This document shows, in pieces, positions 48,602-58,149 of a stretch of 64,000 bases of DNA (the first letter of the stretch is position 1; the number at the start of each line of letters is the position of its first letter). The stretch spans positions 5,264 to 69,263 of the forward strand of contig CAMODB010000003.1 of NCBI GenBank assembly GCA_946611195.1. The letters run 5' to 3'. Source of the stretch: an uncultured Bacillota bacterium (lineage in GTDB: Bacteria > Bacillota_I > Bacilli_A > ML615J-28 > CAG-313). Both the position numbers and the translations under genes were made by a program. Under the pieces are notes generated by a model that saw only the letters and a list, made by a program, of their open reading frames with translations, had not been told where the DNA came from and did no database searches.

Positions 48602-51600
48602 TTAATCAAGAATCCACTTAGCGTATAATACAATATCGCCAGTTGAACCTTTAGCAATCTTCGTAATAGGATCTCCTGTACATGTTGCGTTAGCATACCA
48701 TCCACCAAAATTACCATTAGAAGTTGGTGGTAATAAACTAATTTCATCTTCAATTGTATAAGTTACTACACTTGGCATCGTAATATCAATATCAAGTTTT
48801 GTAATTTCATATTTTTGTGGATAATTATCAAAGGCAGGAATATTAGTTCCTTTAGTTGCCCATTGATGGAAACGGAATGTAATTTGAACACGGTTATTAC
48901 TTGCTGGTTTATATAATTTACTATAACTAGTATAAGCTGTATTCATAACACTTAAGAAATATTGATCCATTGCAAGATATTTATCATGATAAGCACTAGA
49001 ATTTAAGAAATAATGTTCATCAATAACAATATTAGCACTGCCATCAGCATTTCTCGATTCAAGAGGTTTATAGAAAAGAGCACCTAAAGTTTGTTCAAAT
49101 TCATATACACCAACTGCTTTTAATGATTCAACATCCGTAAAAGTAGCAGTTTGCGTAGGTCCTGTTACGGTATAAGTACCATTAGCGAATTTAACAGTTG
49201 ATAAGATATCAACATTATTTTTAACATAATTAAATAAATCTGTATAGAATTCAGTAACAAAATCTTCTTTTGTATCCCACTTAGATGGTTTAATTATATT
49301 ATTATTTTCCATATAAGCAATCTTATATTCTGTTAATTTATATGTAGCTTTTACAACTAAATCAGTCTTAATACTACTTATATCTTGATCCCAACCAGTA
49401 AATGTATAGCCTTCACCACGAGATGGAGCAGCTGGTTGTTTAGCTGGTTTGCCATCAACAACATCTACTTCTTTAAGAACAGTATCATCATAATCAACAA
49501 AGGTTACATGATGTTTTTCAGCTGGATCTTCTGCTTTTACATAATGTTTTAACATTGTCATAGGAACCCAGTCACATGTTACATAATCAACACCTTTATC
49601 AATCCATACTTGAACATCTTCAGGAGTTGAATATTGAGTAAACGTCCAAGTTGAAATCATAATACCATTATCTTTATATTTCTTAATCCATTCATCACTA
49701 TTAGAACCACCATAAGTAACATTAGTACTAATAGTTAAATCATAATCAATACATCTTTGAAGAGCAGTTTCACTTTCAATAGAATTAACTAGATATTGAC
49801 ATTCAATATCTTCATAACCATGTTGTTTAACCCAGATTAAGCAATTATAGTTAGAACCTAAGAAGATAACTTGATCTAGCATACCTAAACTTTCAATTTC
49901 AGACATTAAAGCAGGCATTCTTGATTGATCAGAATTAGAAATACCATTACTACTCTTTAATTCAATAACTAATTTAGCACCATATTCTTTACATAGATTT
50001 AGAGCTGTAGTTAAGGTACATAATTTACTTGTATAAGATGATTTTTCAATTAAATTATATTGACCAGGTAAACCAGCATTACGAGATTGCGTAACTTCAA
50101 CATCTTTTAATGTTGACCAAGGAGTTGACGCAATAGTGTAATCACCAAATTTAGCATCATGACTTAAAACAAAGACACCATCGCTTGTTTGAGCAAGGTC
50201 AACTTCTACAGCTTGGTAATCAAGTTTTACAAGGGCATTACGAATGGCTTCTTCACTATTCATAATACCATAATAAGAACCACCATGACCAATAAAGCTA
50301 GTTACATTATTCCAAATAACTTTAATTGTTCTAGTTAATGTTGCTTTCCTACCACTATCATCAACTACTTCATATATTAATTCATAACTACCTTTTTTAG
50401 CTGTATCTACACTGCCTTTAACAATAATTTTATCATCAAGATTACCAGAATGTTCATCATGAGCAGTTACGCCTTCAAGAGGATCAAAGGTTGCAAATTG
50501 GGATACATTTGCATCTTTCTTATATCCTTCTTTCATCATGATTTCTGGATCTTCACCATCTTCAACAATTACTTTTATTGTCTTTGTTAATTTTTCATTA
50601 TAACTCTTAACTGTTACATTAGCTTCACCTTTGGAAACAGCTTGCAGTTTACCATCAACTACTTTAACAACTGAATCTTTGTCACTAGATAATAATACTG
50701 TTTGATTAGCATGAATAGGATTAATTGTACAAGGTAATTTTGATGTAGCACCTACTTCTAATTTTACTTCATTATCTACTACAATTTCTTCTGGTTCTGG
50801 TAAAGAAACATCGACATCAAATTCTTTCTTTAAATTATTAGCTGTTGCGGTAACAGTAACTTTACATTTACCTTCACCAACAGCCACTAATTTATTATCT
50901 TCAAGTTTTAAAACACTAGGATTAGATACTGAATAAGTTACTTTTTGATCAGCATCTTCAGGAAGAATAGTAGCATTTAAAGCAAATTCTTCTCCTACTT
51001 TCATACTAGAAACTGTTTCACAAACAATTTCTGCTGGTTGTGGAGCAAGAATAGAAAGAACCATTTGATATTTAACATTAGGATCAGCGATTGATGCAAT
51101 CGTAATTGTAATCTTACCTTTTGCAATTGCTGTTATTAAACCATTTTCATCAACCGTTGCATATTTAGTATTACCACTCTTAAAAGTAACACCTTGTAAA
51201 GCAATTTCTGGTTGATAACCAATTTCTAATTGATAAGTCTTTCTAACTTCTAATTCTTTAATTTCATTTAAGACAACGATAGCTGTTGGATTAGGTAAAA
51301 CAACATCGACATCAATTACTTGTTTAATATTAGCATCAGCTAATGATTGAATTGTAATTTGACATTTACCATCACTTACCCCATAAACATTACCAGATTC
51401 ATCTACTGTCGCAATATTAGGATCACTAGAAGTAAAACTTACTCGTTTATCAACTAAATCATCACCATCAATACTATAAGAAATAAGAGCATTTGTATTA
51501 AATACTATTTTTAAGCTATTACTTTCAATTTTGATTTCTTTTGGTGCTTCTAATGATACACTAAAACTAATTGTAGTGCTTAATTCCCCACAAGTAATTT

Positions 51601-52087
51601 CAATAATACATGTACCGGTACTTAAACCCTCAACTACACCATCACTTGTTACACTAGCAACTTTCGGACTTTGTGATTTATAACTAACAGGACCTTCAAT
51701 ATTTACTTTAGTAACACTAATATTAGCTTTTTCACCAATATTTAAAGTAGTTGTCGTAGCTGTTGCTCCTAAATAAGGTTTTTCTACTACTTTAATTTTT
51801 AAGGTATCCATTAAATCAGTACCATCTATTTTTATTTTAACATTTACTTCACCAGCTCTTAAAGCAATGAATTTATTTGCATTAATTTCGATAATGTCAT
51901 TAGCATCAATTTCATATTTAAAAGTAGGTGCATCAACCCCTTCTAAATTGTATTTGAATTCATAATTATCGCCTACTTGCATAGTAACTTCTTTTTCATT
52001 CAAATTAAAACTTAAGCTATTCTTCTTTTTACAACTAAAGGTAAAAATAGCTAAAAATAATGTTAATATAATTAAAAACTTACGCAT
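48602..52087 (-). CDS. Large multidomain surface lipoprotein: six Big_2-like Ig repeats, one DUF5011-like Ig domain, GDPD-like phosphodiesterase domain, Listeria-Bacteroides repeats
   Basis: 1161 aa. Signal peptide + Cys19 (FTFSC). Repeats with ATVDENGLITAIAKGKITITI-type motifs (aa ~25-508). FIGHGGS…VEVDL…LSHDA GDPD-like core (aa ~596-840). GYTFTGWDQD and GGWYANATCTG…VLYAKW repeats at the C-terminus. Confidence 0.85.
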   Translation of the reverse strand: MRKFLIILTLFLAIFTFSCKKKNSLSFNLNEKEVTMQVGDNYEFKYNLEGVDAPTFKYEIDANDIIEINANKFIALRAGEVNVKIKIDGTDLMDTLKIKVVEKPYLGATATTTTLNIGEKANISVTKVNIEGPVSYKSQSPKVASVTSDGVVEGLSTGTCIIEITCGELSTTISFSVSLEAPKEIKIESNSLKIVFNTNALISYSIDGDDLVDKRVSFTSSDPNIATVDESGNVYGVSDGKCQITIQSLADANIKQVIDVDVVLPNPTAIVVLNEIKELEVRKTYQLEIGYQPEIALQGVTFKSGNTKYATVDENGLITAIAKGKITITIASIADPNVKYQMVLSILAPQPAEIVCETVSSMKVGEEFALNATILPEDADQKVTYSVSNPSVLKLEDNKLVAVGEGKCKVTVTATANNLKKEFDVDVSLPEPEEIVVDNEVKLEVGATSKLPCTINPIHANQTVLLSSDKDSVVKVVDGKLQAVSKGEANVTVKSYNEKLTKTIKVIVEDGEDPEIMMKEGYKKDANVSQFATFDPLEGVTAHDEHSGNLDDKIIVKGSVDTAKKGSYELIYEVVDDSGRKATLTRTIKVIWNNVTSFIGHGGSYYGIMNSEEAIRNALVKLDYQAVEVDLAQTSDGVFVLSHDAKFGDYTIASTPWSTLKDVEVTQSRNAGLPGQYNLIEKSSYTSKLCTLTTALNLCKEYGAKLVIELKSSNGISNSDQSRMPALMSEIESLGMLDQVIFLGSNYNCLIWVKQHGYEDIECQYLVNSIESETALQRCIDYDLTISTNVTYGGSNSDEWIKKYKDNGIMISTWTFTQYSTPEDVQVWIDKGVDYVTCDWVPMTMLKHYVKAEDPAEKHHVTFVDYDDTVLKEVDVVDGKPAKQPAAPSRGEGYTFTGWDQDISSIKTDLVVKATYKLTEYKIAYMENNNIIKPSKWDTKEDFVTEFYTDLFNYVKNNVDILSTVKFANGTYTVTGPTQTATFTDVESLKAVGVYEFEQTLGALFYKPLESRNADGSANIVIDEHYFLNSSAYHDKYLAMDQYFLSVMNTAYTSYSKLYKPASNNRVQITFRFHQWATKGTNIPAFDNYPQKYEITKLDIDITMPSVVTYTIEDEISLLPPTSNGNFGGWYANATCTGDPITKIAKGSTGDIVLYAKWILD

Positions 52088-52199
52088 TTCTTACTCCTCT
52101 TTTAATTTATATTTACACCATATTATAACACAATTACAAAAATAATGAAAGCGTTTTAACAATTTAAAAGTATTATTAAGACAAAAAAGAAAAGAATTA

Positions 52200-52208
52200 T
52201 GATATAAT
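52200..52208 (+). promoter_or_regulatory. Extended -10 element TGaTATAAT for the DtxR-family regulator gene
   Basis: TG 52200-52201, TATAAT 52203-52208, AGAGG RBS, ATG 52228. Confidence 0.5.
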
Positions 52209-52227
52209 AATATTAGAGGTAACAATT

Positions 52228-52593
52228 ATGAATATTCATGAATCAGCAGAAGATTATTTAGAAAGAATTTTAATGTTACAAGAAAAAAATGGCCATGTTC
52301 GGAGTATCGATATCGCCATAGATATGGGCTATTCAAAAGCTAGTATTTCTAGAGCTGTAAAGAACCTTAAAGAAGATGACTATATTGAAGTAGAAAGCAA
52401 TGGTTATTTAGTTTTAACACCTAAAGGCTTAAATATTGCAACTAAAATCTATGAAAGACATAAAATATTATCGACTTTCTTTGAAAAAATGGGTGTAAAT
52501 GAAAAAATAGCTCTGCAAGATGCTTGTAAAGTTGAACATGATTTAAGCGAAGAAACGTTTAACGCAATAAAAAAATTAAATGAAAGATTATAA
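52228..52593 (+). CDS. DtxR/MntR-family metal-dependent transcriptional regulator (short form)
   Basis: 121 aa; ESAEDYLERILML…VRSIDIAIDMGYSKASISRAVKNLKEDDYI winged HTH, RHKILSTFF…VEHDLSEET metal/dimerisation region. Confidence 0.85.
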   Translation: MNIHESAEDYLERILMLQEKNGHVRSIDIAIDMGYSKASISRAVKNLKEDDYIEVESNGYLVLTPKGLNIATKIYERHKILSTFFEKMGVNEKIALQDACKVEHDLSEETFNAIKKLNERL

Positions 52594-52632
52594 AAATGGT
52601 TACTCAAACACTCAAGTTTGAATAACCATTTT
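52593..52632. terminator. Bidirectional terminator between convergent regulator gene and desulfoferrodoxin gene
   Basis: 17-bp stem with one mismatch: aaaatggttactcaaac (52593-52609) / gtttgaataaccatttt (52616-52632), followed by T-run. Confidence 0.8.
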
Positions 52633-52645
52633 TTATTTTATTCAA

Positions 52646-53026
52646 TTAAGCTTTTTTAACAAAAAGTGAATGTAAATTACAATATGCGTAAACAGCAATC
52701 ACTTCATCACCATCAACTAATGCAAAACTAGCTTTTGGTTCATCACCAGGTTTTAAAGTAACTCTTTGATTACCATTTTTAGTTTCAAGCATAATCCATT
52801 CAATATAATGAACATCTTGCATTGGATGAGCAACTTCGCCAACCGTAACATTAACAACATTGCCTTTTACTTCAAAAACAGGAACGTGTTTTTCTTTAGC
52901 ACCATCACTGGCGTTAGGTACGATTTCTACCATTTCTTGGCCACAACAAAATGTATCACAACGAGATGGTTTTACCATTGCGACCATTTTACCACATTTC
53001 TTACAAATATAAAATTTTGGTTCCAT
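52646..53026 (-). CDS. dfx: Desulfoferrodoxin (2Fe superoxide reductase)
   Basis: 126 aa; N-terminal desulforedoxin-like CKKCG…CC, centre II ligands HVP…H…H…CNLH. Confidence 0.9.
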   Translation of the reverse strand: MEPKFYICKKCGKMVAMVKPSRCDTFCCGQEMVEIVPNASDGAKEKHVPVFEVKGNVVNVTVGEVAHPMQDVHYIEWIMLETKNGNQRVTLKPGDEPKASFALVDGDEVIAVYAYCNLHSLFVKKA

Positions 53027-53037
53027 TTTAATTCCTC

Positions 53038-53193
53038 CTATTCAGCTTCAAAATTTTCTTTGCCGACACCGCATAATGGGCATTCAAAATCTTCTGGTAA
53101 ATCTTCAAATTTTGTTCCCGGTGCAATGCCATGTTCTGGATCTCCTAATTCTTCATCATAAACGTATCCACAAATTTGACAAACGTATTTCAT
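53038..53193 (-). CDS. Rubredoxin (51 aa) - not in the supplied ORF track
   Basis: Hand translation [51 protein letters not shown] with the two CxxCG knuckles. ATG at 53193-53191 lies 1 nt after the fprA stop, with an AAAGGAGA RBS inside the fprA 3' end. Its TAG (53040-53038) overlaps the dfx GGAGG RBS. Confidence 0.92.
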   Translation of the reverse strand: MKYVCQICGYVYDEELGDPEHGIAPGTKFEDLPEDFECPLCGVGKENFEAE

Positions 53194-53194
53194 T

Positions 53195-54367
53195 CTATTC
53201 TCCTTTCTCTATTTTTATTATTTCCTTAATTAAATTATTTAGCATTACCATTGAAGTTTCATTTAGACTTGATTTAATACTTACTTCACTTAAATAATTA
53301 ATTGCTTTACTTTTTTCAAACATTAATTTGATATTTTTAATTACAGCTGGTGCCCATGAACCATTTTCAATAATACCTACATTACGATTTTGATAATTTC
53401 TTTCCACTAAATGATCAATAAATTCTTTCATCTTAGGGAATAATTCCATATTATAAGTAGTTGAAGCTAAAATTAGTGTTGAATATTTAAATGCTAAGCT
53501 TACCGCAACACTTAAATCAATTCTAGTTAAATCTAATATTTCATATTTAACATTATTTTTTTCTAATTCTTTAGCTAATTTTTCACAAGCTTTTTTCGTA
53601 TGATTATAAATTGATGTATAAGCAATTAATACACCATGTTCTTCTATTTGATAACTTGACCAAAGATGATAATAATTTAAAGCTAATTGTAATTTTTCAT
53701 CTTTTAATACTTCACCATGTAAGCTACAAAGGTAATTGATTTTTAAATCAGTTACTTTTTTTAAAGTGTTTTGAACTTGAACACCATATTTACCAACAAT
53801 ACCGATATAATAACGACGAGCTTCATCAAGCCATGGACTATTTTCATCATAAATGCCAAATTTACCAAAAGCATCAGCAGAAAATAAGATTCCTTCTTTT
53901 TCTTCATAACTCATCATTACTTCTGGCCAATGAACCATAGGCGCAAGTTTAAAGATTAAATGATGTTTTCCTAAATCAAGTATAGAATTTTCACTAACTA
54001 TTAATTTTTTATCTTCTTTAATTATATTTTTATCAAAGAAATTTTCCATCATTTGGAAGGCTTTTAAATTAGATACAACAATTGTATCTGGATAATTATC
54101 TAAAAATAATCTTAAAGAAGCTGAATGATCAGGTTCCATATGATGAACAACTAAATAATCAATTTTCTTATCGCCAAGAATATTTTTAATATTTTTTAGC
54201 CATTCTTCGCCATAAGAATATTCCATGGTATCAAGAACGGCTATTTTTTCATCCATAATTAGATAAGAATTATAACGCATTCCTTGAACAGGATATTGGG
54301 CTTCAAATAATTCTATTGTTTTATCATCACAACCGATATTATAAATATTTTCTGTTATTTTAAGCAC
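53195..54367 (-). CDS. fprA: Flavodiiron protein (FprA-type O2/NO reductase)
   Basis: 390 aa; metallo-beta-lactamase-like diiron motif HHMEPDH, C-terminal flavodoxin-like domain ([14 protein letters not shown]…). Confidence 0.88.
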   Translation of the reverse strand: MLKITENIYNIGCDDKTIELFEAQYPVQGMRYNSYLIMDEKIAVLDTMEYSYGEEWLKNIKNILGDKKIDYLVVHHMEPDHSASLRLFLDNYPDTIVVSNLKAFQMMENFFDKNIIKEDKKLIVSENSILDLGKHHLIFKLAPMVHWPEVMMSYEEKEGILFSADAFGKFGIYDENSPWLDEARRYYIGIVGKYGVQVQNTLKKVTDLKINYLCSLHGEVLKDEKLQLALNYYHLWSSYQIEEHGVLIAYTSIYNHTKKACEKLAKELEKNNVKYEILDLTRIDLSVAVSLAFKYSTLILASTTYNMELFPKMKEFIDHLVERNYQNRNVGIIENGSWAPAVIKNIKLMFEKSKAINYLSEVSIKSSLNETSMVMLNNLIKEIIKIEKGE

Positions 54368-54854
54368 GATTAGCCAATTCCTTATCTAATGAATATAAGC
54401 TATGGTTAGATTTATCACAACCTGATAAATCAAATTTAGTAATTAATTCATTAGCATTCTTTTCTTCTTCAACTTGTTCTTTAACAAACCAACCTAAAAA
54501 TTCTACAGTTTTGAATTCTTTAACTTCAAGAGCTACTTCATAAATTTTATTGATTAAGCTAGTAACATATTCTTCATGTTTAAGTCCAGCTGTTAAAACA
54601 TCACGAACATTTTTAAAATCAACAACTGGTTTATCAATTTGTTCTAAAGATAATTTTTCACCATTATCAAAAATATATTTACGGATTTTTTCGGCATGTT
54701 CTACTTCTTCTTTAGCTTGTTCTGTATACCAATGAGCAAAACCACTTAAAGATAATCCTTCTAAATAATTACTAAATTCAACATATAAATATGCTGAATA
54801 TAGTTCTTTGTTATATTGATTTACTAATAATTCTAATACCTTTTTATTAATCAT
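54360..54854 (-). CDS. Non-haem ferritin
   Basis: 164 aa; ferroxidase-centre pattern ELYSAYLY…EEVEHAEK…EQVEEE; strong GGAGG RBS; only 9 nt after the GH5 stop. Confidence 0.88.
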   Translation of the reverse strand: MINKKVLELLVNQYNKELYSAYLYVEFSNYLEGLSLSGFAHWYTEQAKEEVEHAEKIRKYIFDNGEKLSLEQIDKPVVDFKNVRDVLTAGLKHEEYVTSLINKIYEVALEVKEFKTVEFLGWFVKEQVEEEKNANELITKFDLSGCDKSNHSLYSLDKELANRA

Positions 54855-54863
54855 TTCTTCCTC

Positions 54864-56315
54864 CTAGTCTAAAGGTAAACCAAATTTCTTTCTTACCCAA
54901 TTTTTATACCAAATTCCCCATTCTTTTAAATTCGAATCTTTAAAGTTTGTATAATCAGTACTACCATGTTTCATCATTGAAGCACTACCTTTAGTATTCG
55001 ATAAATTCCAAGCTACATAACTTATATTATTTTCTTCTAATACTCGATACCAAGCCAATGTTGAATTAAGATCTAATTCCCCATCACCATCAGAAACCAT
55101 ACCACCATGTTCGGAAACAAAGACTGGTAAACCGGCCTTGACGGCTCTTGTTATTGCGGAAACATTGAATGATCCATTAGCATAGAAGTGATATGTATAC
55201 ATAATATTGGAAAAACCTACTAAAGGATTTCTTTCAACACTGACTAAATCAGCTGACCATTTGGGATTACCAACTAAGACAACCGCATCAGTATTCTTTC
55301 TAATTTCGGGAATAACTAATTCCGCATAATATTTACATTGTGCCCAAGTAGTTGATCCACAAGGTTCATTCATAATTTCATATAAAATATTTTCACGATC
55401 TTTATATTGTTCAGTAAATTTTGAGAAGAATTCAATTGCTTCATCTTTATAATATAAAGGATTACCTTGGGATGGATCATCAGCTCCTAGCATATGCCAA
55501 TCTACAATAACATACATATCAAGACTTGTACAAATATCTACCGCTTTACATACTAAATCATAAAAGAATTTTCTTTTAGTTTCCGTAGTACTTGGATCAC
55601 AATAACCACCTTCAGCTGTATATAAGGCTAATCTTAAAACATTGATACCAAAAGTATTATGTAATTCATCAATAACATCATAATCATAATAGGGAATAGC
55701 CCATTGAATTCCATGGGTACTAATACCAACTAATTGGAATTTTTCGCCATGTTCATCGATTAAATTAGTTCCTTCAACGCTTAATTTACCATGTTCAGAA
55801 AAGCCATTAGCAGCATAATCAACAGATTGGAAAGTAGCACCACAATCATCACATTCTTTATGACGACGTCCCGTTTCTGTAGCTGTCGCTTCTAAATCAA
55901 TAACATAATGACAATGTTGATGTCCCGTAGCCGCTTCTTTTACTGTATAAGAATAATCACAATTATGACATAAAGTTGTTGTACTTCCATCTTCTTCACA
56001 AGTAGGTTCTACTACTACATAATATAAATCATGTTCTCTTCTTGCTCTTTCCGTAAAAGCAATTTTGCCACATTCTACACATTTATAATAACGTTCGCCA
56101 ACCGTATTACATTTAGTACCTTCTTCAAATACCCAAACAAAATCGACACAAACATGTTCTGGTTCTGGTTCAACATCCGGTTCTTTTTTATCAGGGTCGA
56201 CTACTGGTGGATTATCATTACCATTACCATTTTCATTTTTTTTACAACTTCCAACAAATAAAACTCCCAAAACAACTAATAAAATAAATATTTTTTTCAT
56301 CATTTTTTTAATCAT
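54864..56315 (-). CDS. Lipoprotein: three His/Cys-rich N-terminal modules + GH5 (cellulase-family) glycoside hydrolase
   Basis: 483 aa. Lipobox VGSC. GH5 motifs GISTHGIQW, EIMNEP (acid/base Glu), FVSEHG (nucleophile Glu). 8-nt overlap with the upstream gene. Confidence 0.85.
   Translation of the reverse strand: MIKKMMKKIFILLVVLGVLFVGSCKKNENGNGNDNPPVVDPDKKEPDVEPEPEHVCVDFVWVFEEGTKCNTVGERYYKCVECGKIAFTERARREHDLYYVVVEPTCEEDGSTTTLCHNCDYSYTVKEAATGHQHCHYVIDLEATATETGRRHKECDDCGATFQSVDYAANGFSEHGKLSVEGTNLIDEHGEKFQLVGISTHGIQWAIPYYDYDVIDELHNTFGINVLRLALYTAEGGYCDPSTTETKRKFFYDLVCKAVDICTSLDMYVIVDWHMLGADDPSQGNPLYYKDEAIEFFSKFTEQYKDRENILYEIMNEPCGSTTWAQCKYYAELVIPEIRKNTDAVVLVGNPKWSADLVSVERNPLVGFSNIMYTYHFYANGSFNVSAITRAVKAGLPVFVSEHGGMVSDGDGELDLNSTLAWYRVLEENNISYVAWNLSNTKGSASMMKHGSTDYTNFKDSNLKEWGIWYKNWVRKKFGLPLD
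55818..56159 (-). repeat. Three tandem ~40-aa H-x(10-14)-C-x(9-11)-C-x2-C modules (protein-level repeat) in the GH5 lipoprotein
   Basis: EHVCVDFVWVFEEGTKCNTVGERYYKCVECG / EHDLYYVVVEPTCEEDGSTTTLCHNCDY / HQHCHYVIDLEATATETGRRHKECDDCGA. Confidence 0.8.
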
Positions 56316-58089
56316 TTACTAAAAGTACAGTATTATCTCCTTCTATATAATTAAATGGACCAACATGACCTACTTGGGTAAAGCCACGTGATACTTCTGA
56401 AGAAATTGAGTCTACTTTATAATTGAATTTAATTTCCAGAGTTGAATACTTCGTCTTATTCAATTCAAAATAACTCATTACATTTACTAATTCTTCAAAA
56501 TTATCAACATAGAAACTCTTTTGAACACCATGTAAAGTATAATACATTTCATCATAAATATTATAATCTTTAATACAAATTATATATTCAAAATTTTCAC
56601 CTGTATATTTATCTTTATAAGTCTCAGTCGAAATCAAGAAATAATTATAAGTTAATACTTCATAAGCATCATCACCACTACCAATAATAGTACCACCACT
56701 AGTAGCATCTAAAATATACCAACTACCATTAACATATACTTTATTCCATGCATGACCAACTCCATGTGGATTAGAAGTTGGATGACCTATTTCTTGAACA
56801 CATCTGATACCTTCGATATTACATAAACAGGCAACAGCTTGACTTATACCTTCACAAACAGCTCGTTTATCTTCAAATACACCTTCTAATCTAAATCCTT
56901 TATAAACATCCGAATTAGACATCGAATTGATTAAAGAATATAGAGCTTTATCATAACAAACATTCATAACGATGTATTCATAAATAGCTCTTAATTTTTC
57001 AACATCATTCATCTTATCGCTAATAATATTACGCAATACTGTTTTCATATTTTCATATAGATAATAAGCTTTCGAACCTACAACACAATTAGGTTTTGCG
57101 AAACGTTCTAATGCATAAAATAATTGGAATGATGTTTTAACATTATCTAGTGATAAAGAGGAAGAATTAATCTTAAAATTATCAAAATCACTACTTCTCT
57201 TATCTTCTTCAGCAATCTTATATGTTAAATTTAAAGAATCATATTGACGATATTGATTATCTTTGGAAGCAGATACTGTTGGATTTAAAGTGCCATATTC
57301 TAATGTGAAAGTAATTTGGTTAAATGCAATTGAAGCTTTTACCCGATATGATAAACCAATATTATAATGTTCACCTAAATAATCTAAAATATCAGTGGTA
57401 TCAAATTTTGCAGTAACCTTAATCTTTTGCGCATTATGTAGAATAGCAGAATTAAATAAGACTGCCATTTCTTCTTTCGTATCGATATTATAATTATAAT
57501 CTTCACCACGATAATCATATTTGATAGCACTTAGATCAATATAATTATTACTAGGAATAATGGTTTCTTCAACTGCGCCACATATTTCACAAGTTCTTAC
57601 TAAGATACCATCTTTGGTATCTGTTGCTTCTTCTTTAACTGAATAAGAACCAAATTTATGACCTAAAGGACTACCAACATGTTCAATATGTTGTTCATCA
57701 CAATTATGGCATTTATAGATTTTTTGTTCACTATTCGTACAATCAGCAGGAACAATGCTCAATAATTCACTAAAATCATGTGGTAATTTATCAATAATAG
57801 TGGTCGTTTTATCACCACAATTTTGACAGGTTTTAACCACAGTTCCATTTTTAGTACATGTTGCCGCAACTTCTTCTGTTACAACATAATTATGATCTTT
57901 TTTAAGAATAATTTCTTCTTTAGTTTTACCACATTTCGAACATGTATAATCTTTATGTCCTTTACTGTTACATGTGGAATCAATTTCTTCTGTTAATTGA
58001 TAATCATGTTTACAAAATAGTTGTTTAAAACTACAACTAGTTGTGGAAATAATAAATATTAAAATTAAAATTAATAATATTTTTTTCAT
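56308..58089 (-). CDS. Lipoprotein: four His/Cys-rich N-terminal modules + transglutaminase-like cysteine-protease-fold domain
   Basis: Start at ATG 58089-58087 (GGTGA RBS; the track uses an upstream GTG). Signal peptide ending TTSC. Cys-His-Asp core RAVCEGISQ…GHAWNKV…YILDAT. Confidence 0.85.
   Translation of the reverse strand: MKKILLILILIFIISTTSCSFKQLFCKHDYQLTEEIDSTCNSKGHKDYTCSKCGKTKEEIILKKDHNYVVTEEVAATCTKNGTVVKTCQNCGDKTTTIIDKLPHDFSELLSIVPADCTNSEQKIYKCHNCDEQHIEHVGSPLGHKFGSYSVKEEATDTKDGILVRTCEICGAVEETIIPSNNYIDLSAIKYDYRGEDYNYNIDTKEEMAVLFNSAILHNAQKIKVTAKFDTTDILDYLGEHYNIGLSYRVKASIAFNQITFTLEYGTLNPTVSASKDNQYRQYDSLNLTYKIAEEDKRSSDFDNFKINSSSLSLDNVKTSFQLFYALERFAKPNCVVGSKAYYLYENMKTVLRNIISDKMNDVEKLRAIYEYIVMNVCYDKALYSLINSMSNSDVYKGFRLEGVFEDKRAVCEGISQAVACLCNIEGIRCVQEIGHPTSNPHGVGHAWNKVYVNGSWYILDATSGGTIIGSGDDAYEVLTYNYFLISTETYKDKYTGENFEYIICIKDYNIYDEMYYTLHGVQKSFYVDNFEELVNVMSYFELNKTKYSTLEIKFNYKVDSISSEVSRGFTQVGHVGPFNYIEGDNTVLLVND
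57556..58014 (-). repeat. Four tandem copies of the same His/Cys-rich module in the transglutaminase-like lipoprotein
   Basis: KHDYQLTEEIDSTCNSKGHKDYTCSKCGK / DHNYVVTEEVAATCTKNGTVVKTCQNCGD / HDFSELLSIVPADCTNSEQKIYKCHNCDE / HKFGSYSVKEEATDTKDGILVRTCEICGA. Confidence 0.8.
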
Positions 58090-58109
58090 CAGTTTCACCT
58101 TAGTTCTTT

Positions 58110-58149
58110 TCTATATTTTATTATACTAAAATATAGAATTTTATTCCAA
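58110..58149 (-). promoter_or_regulatory. Predicted promoter (TTGGAA-18-TATAAT) with a perfect 11-6-11 inverted repeat centred on the -10
   Basis: Minus-strand TTGGAA (58149-58144), TATAAT (58125-58120). IR arms tctatatttta (58110-58120) and taaaatataga (58127-58137), spacer ttatac. Confidence 0.55.

Noticed and set aside
52766-53297. Plus-strand ORFs of 131 aa (52766-53161) and 73 aa (53076-53297) in the track
   Set aside because: They run antisense to the desulfoferrodoxin, rubredoxin and FprA genes, all of which carry unmistakable family motifs. The plus-strand products are low-complexity F/N/I/S-rich with no RBS.
56295-56315. A7 homopolymer tracts at the 5' ends of the lipoprotein genes (ATGAAAAAAAT…) as slipped-strand phase-variation switches
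   Set aside because: They are simply Lys-Lys codons (AAA AAA) of signal-peptide n-regions in an AT-rich genome. The tracts are short (7 nt) and no evidence of length heterogeneity is available from a single sequence.
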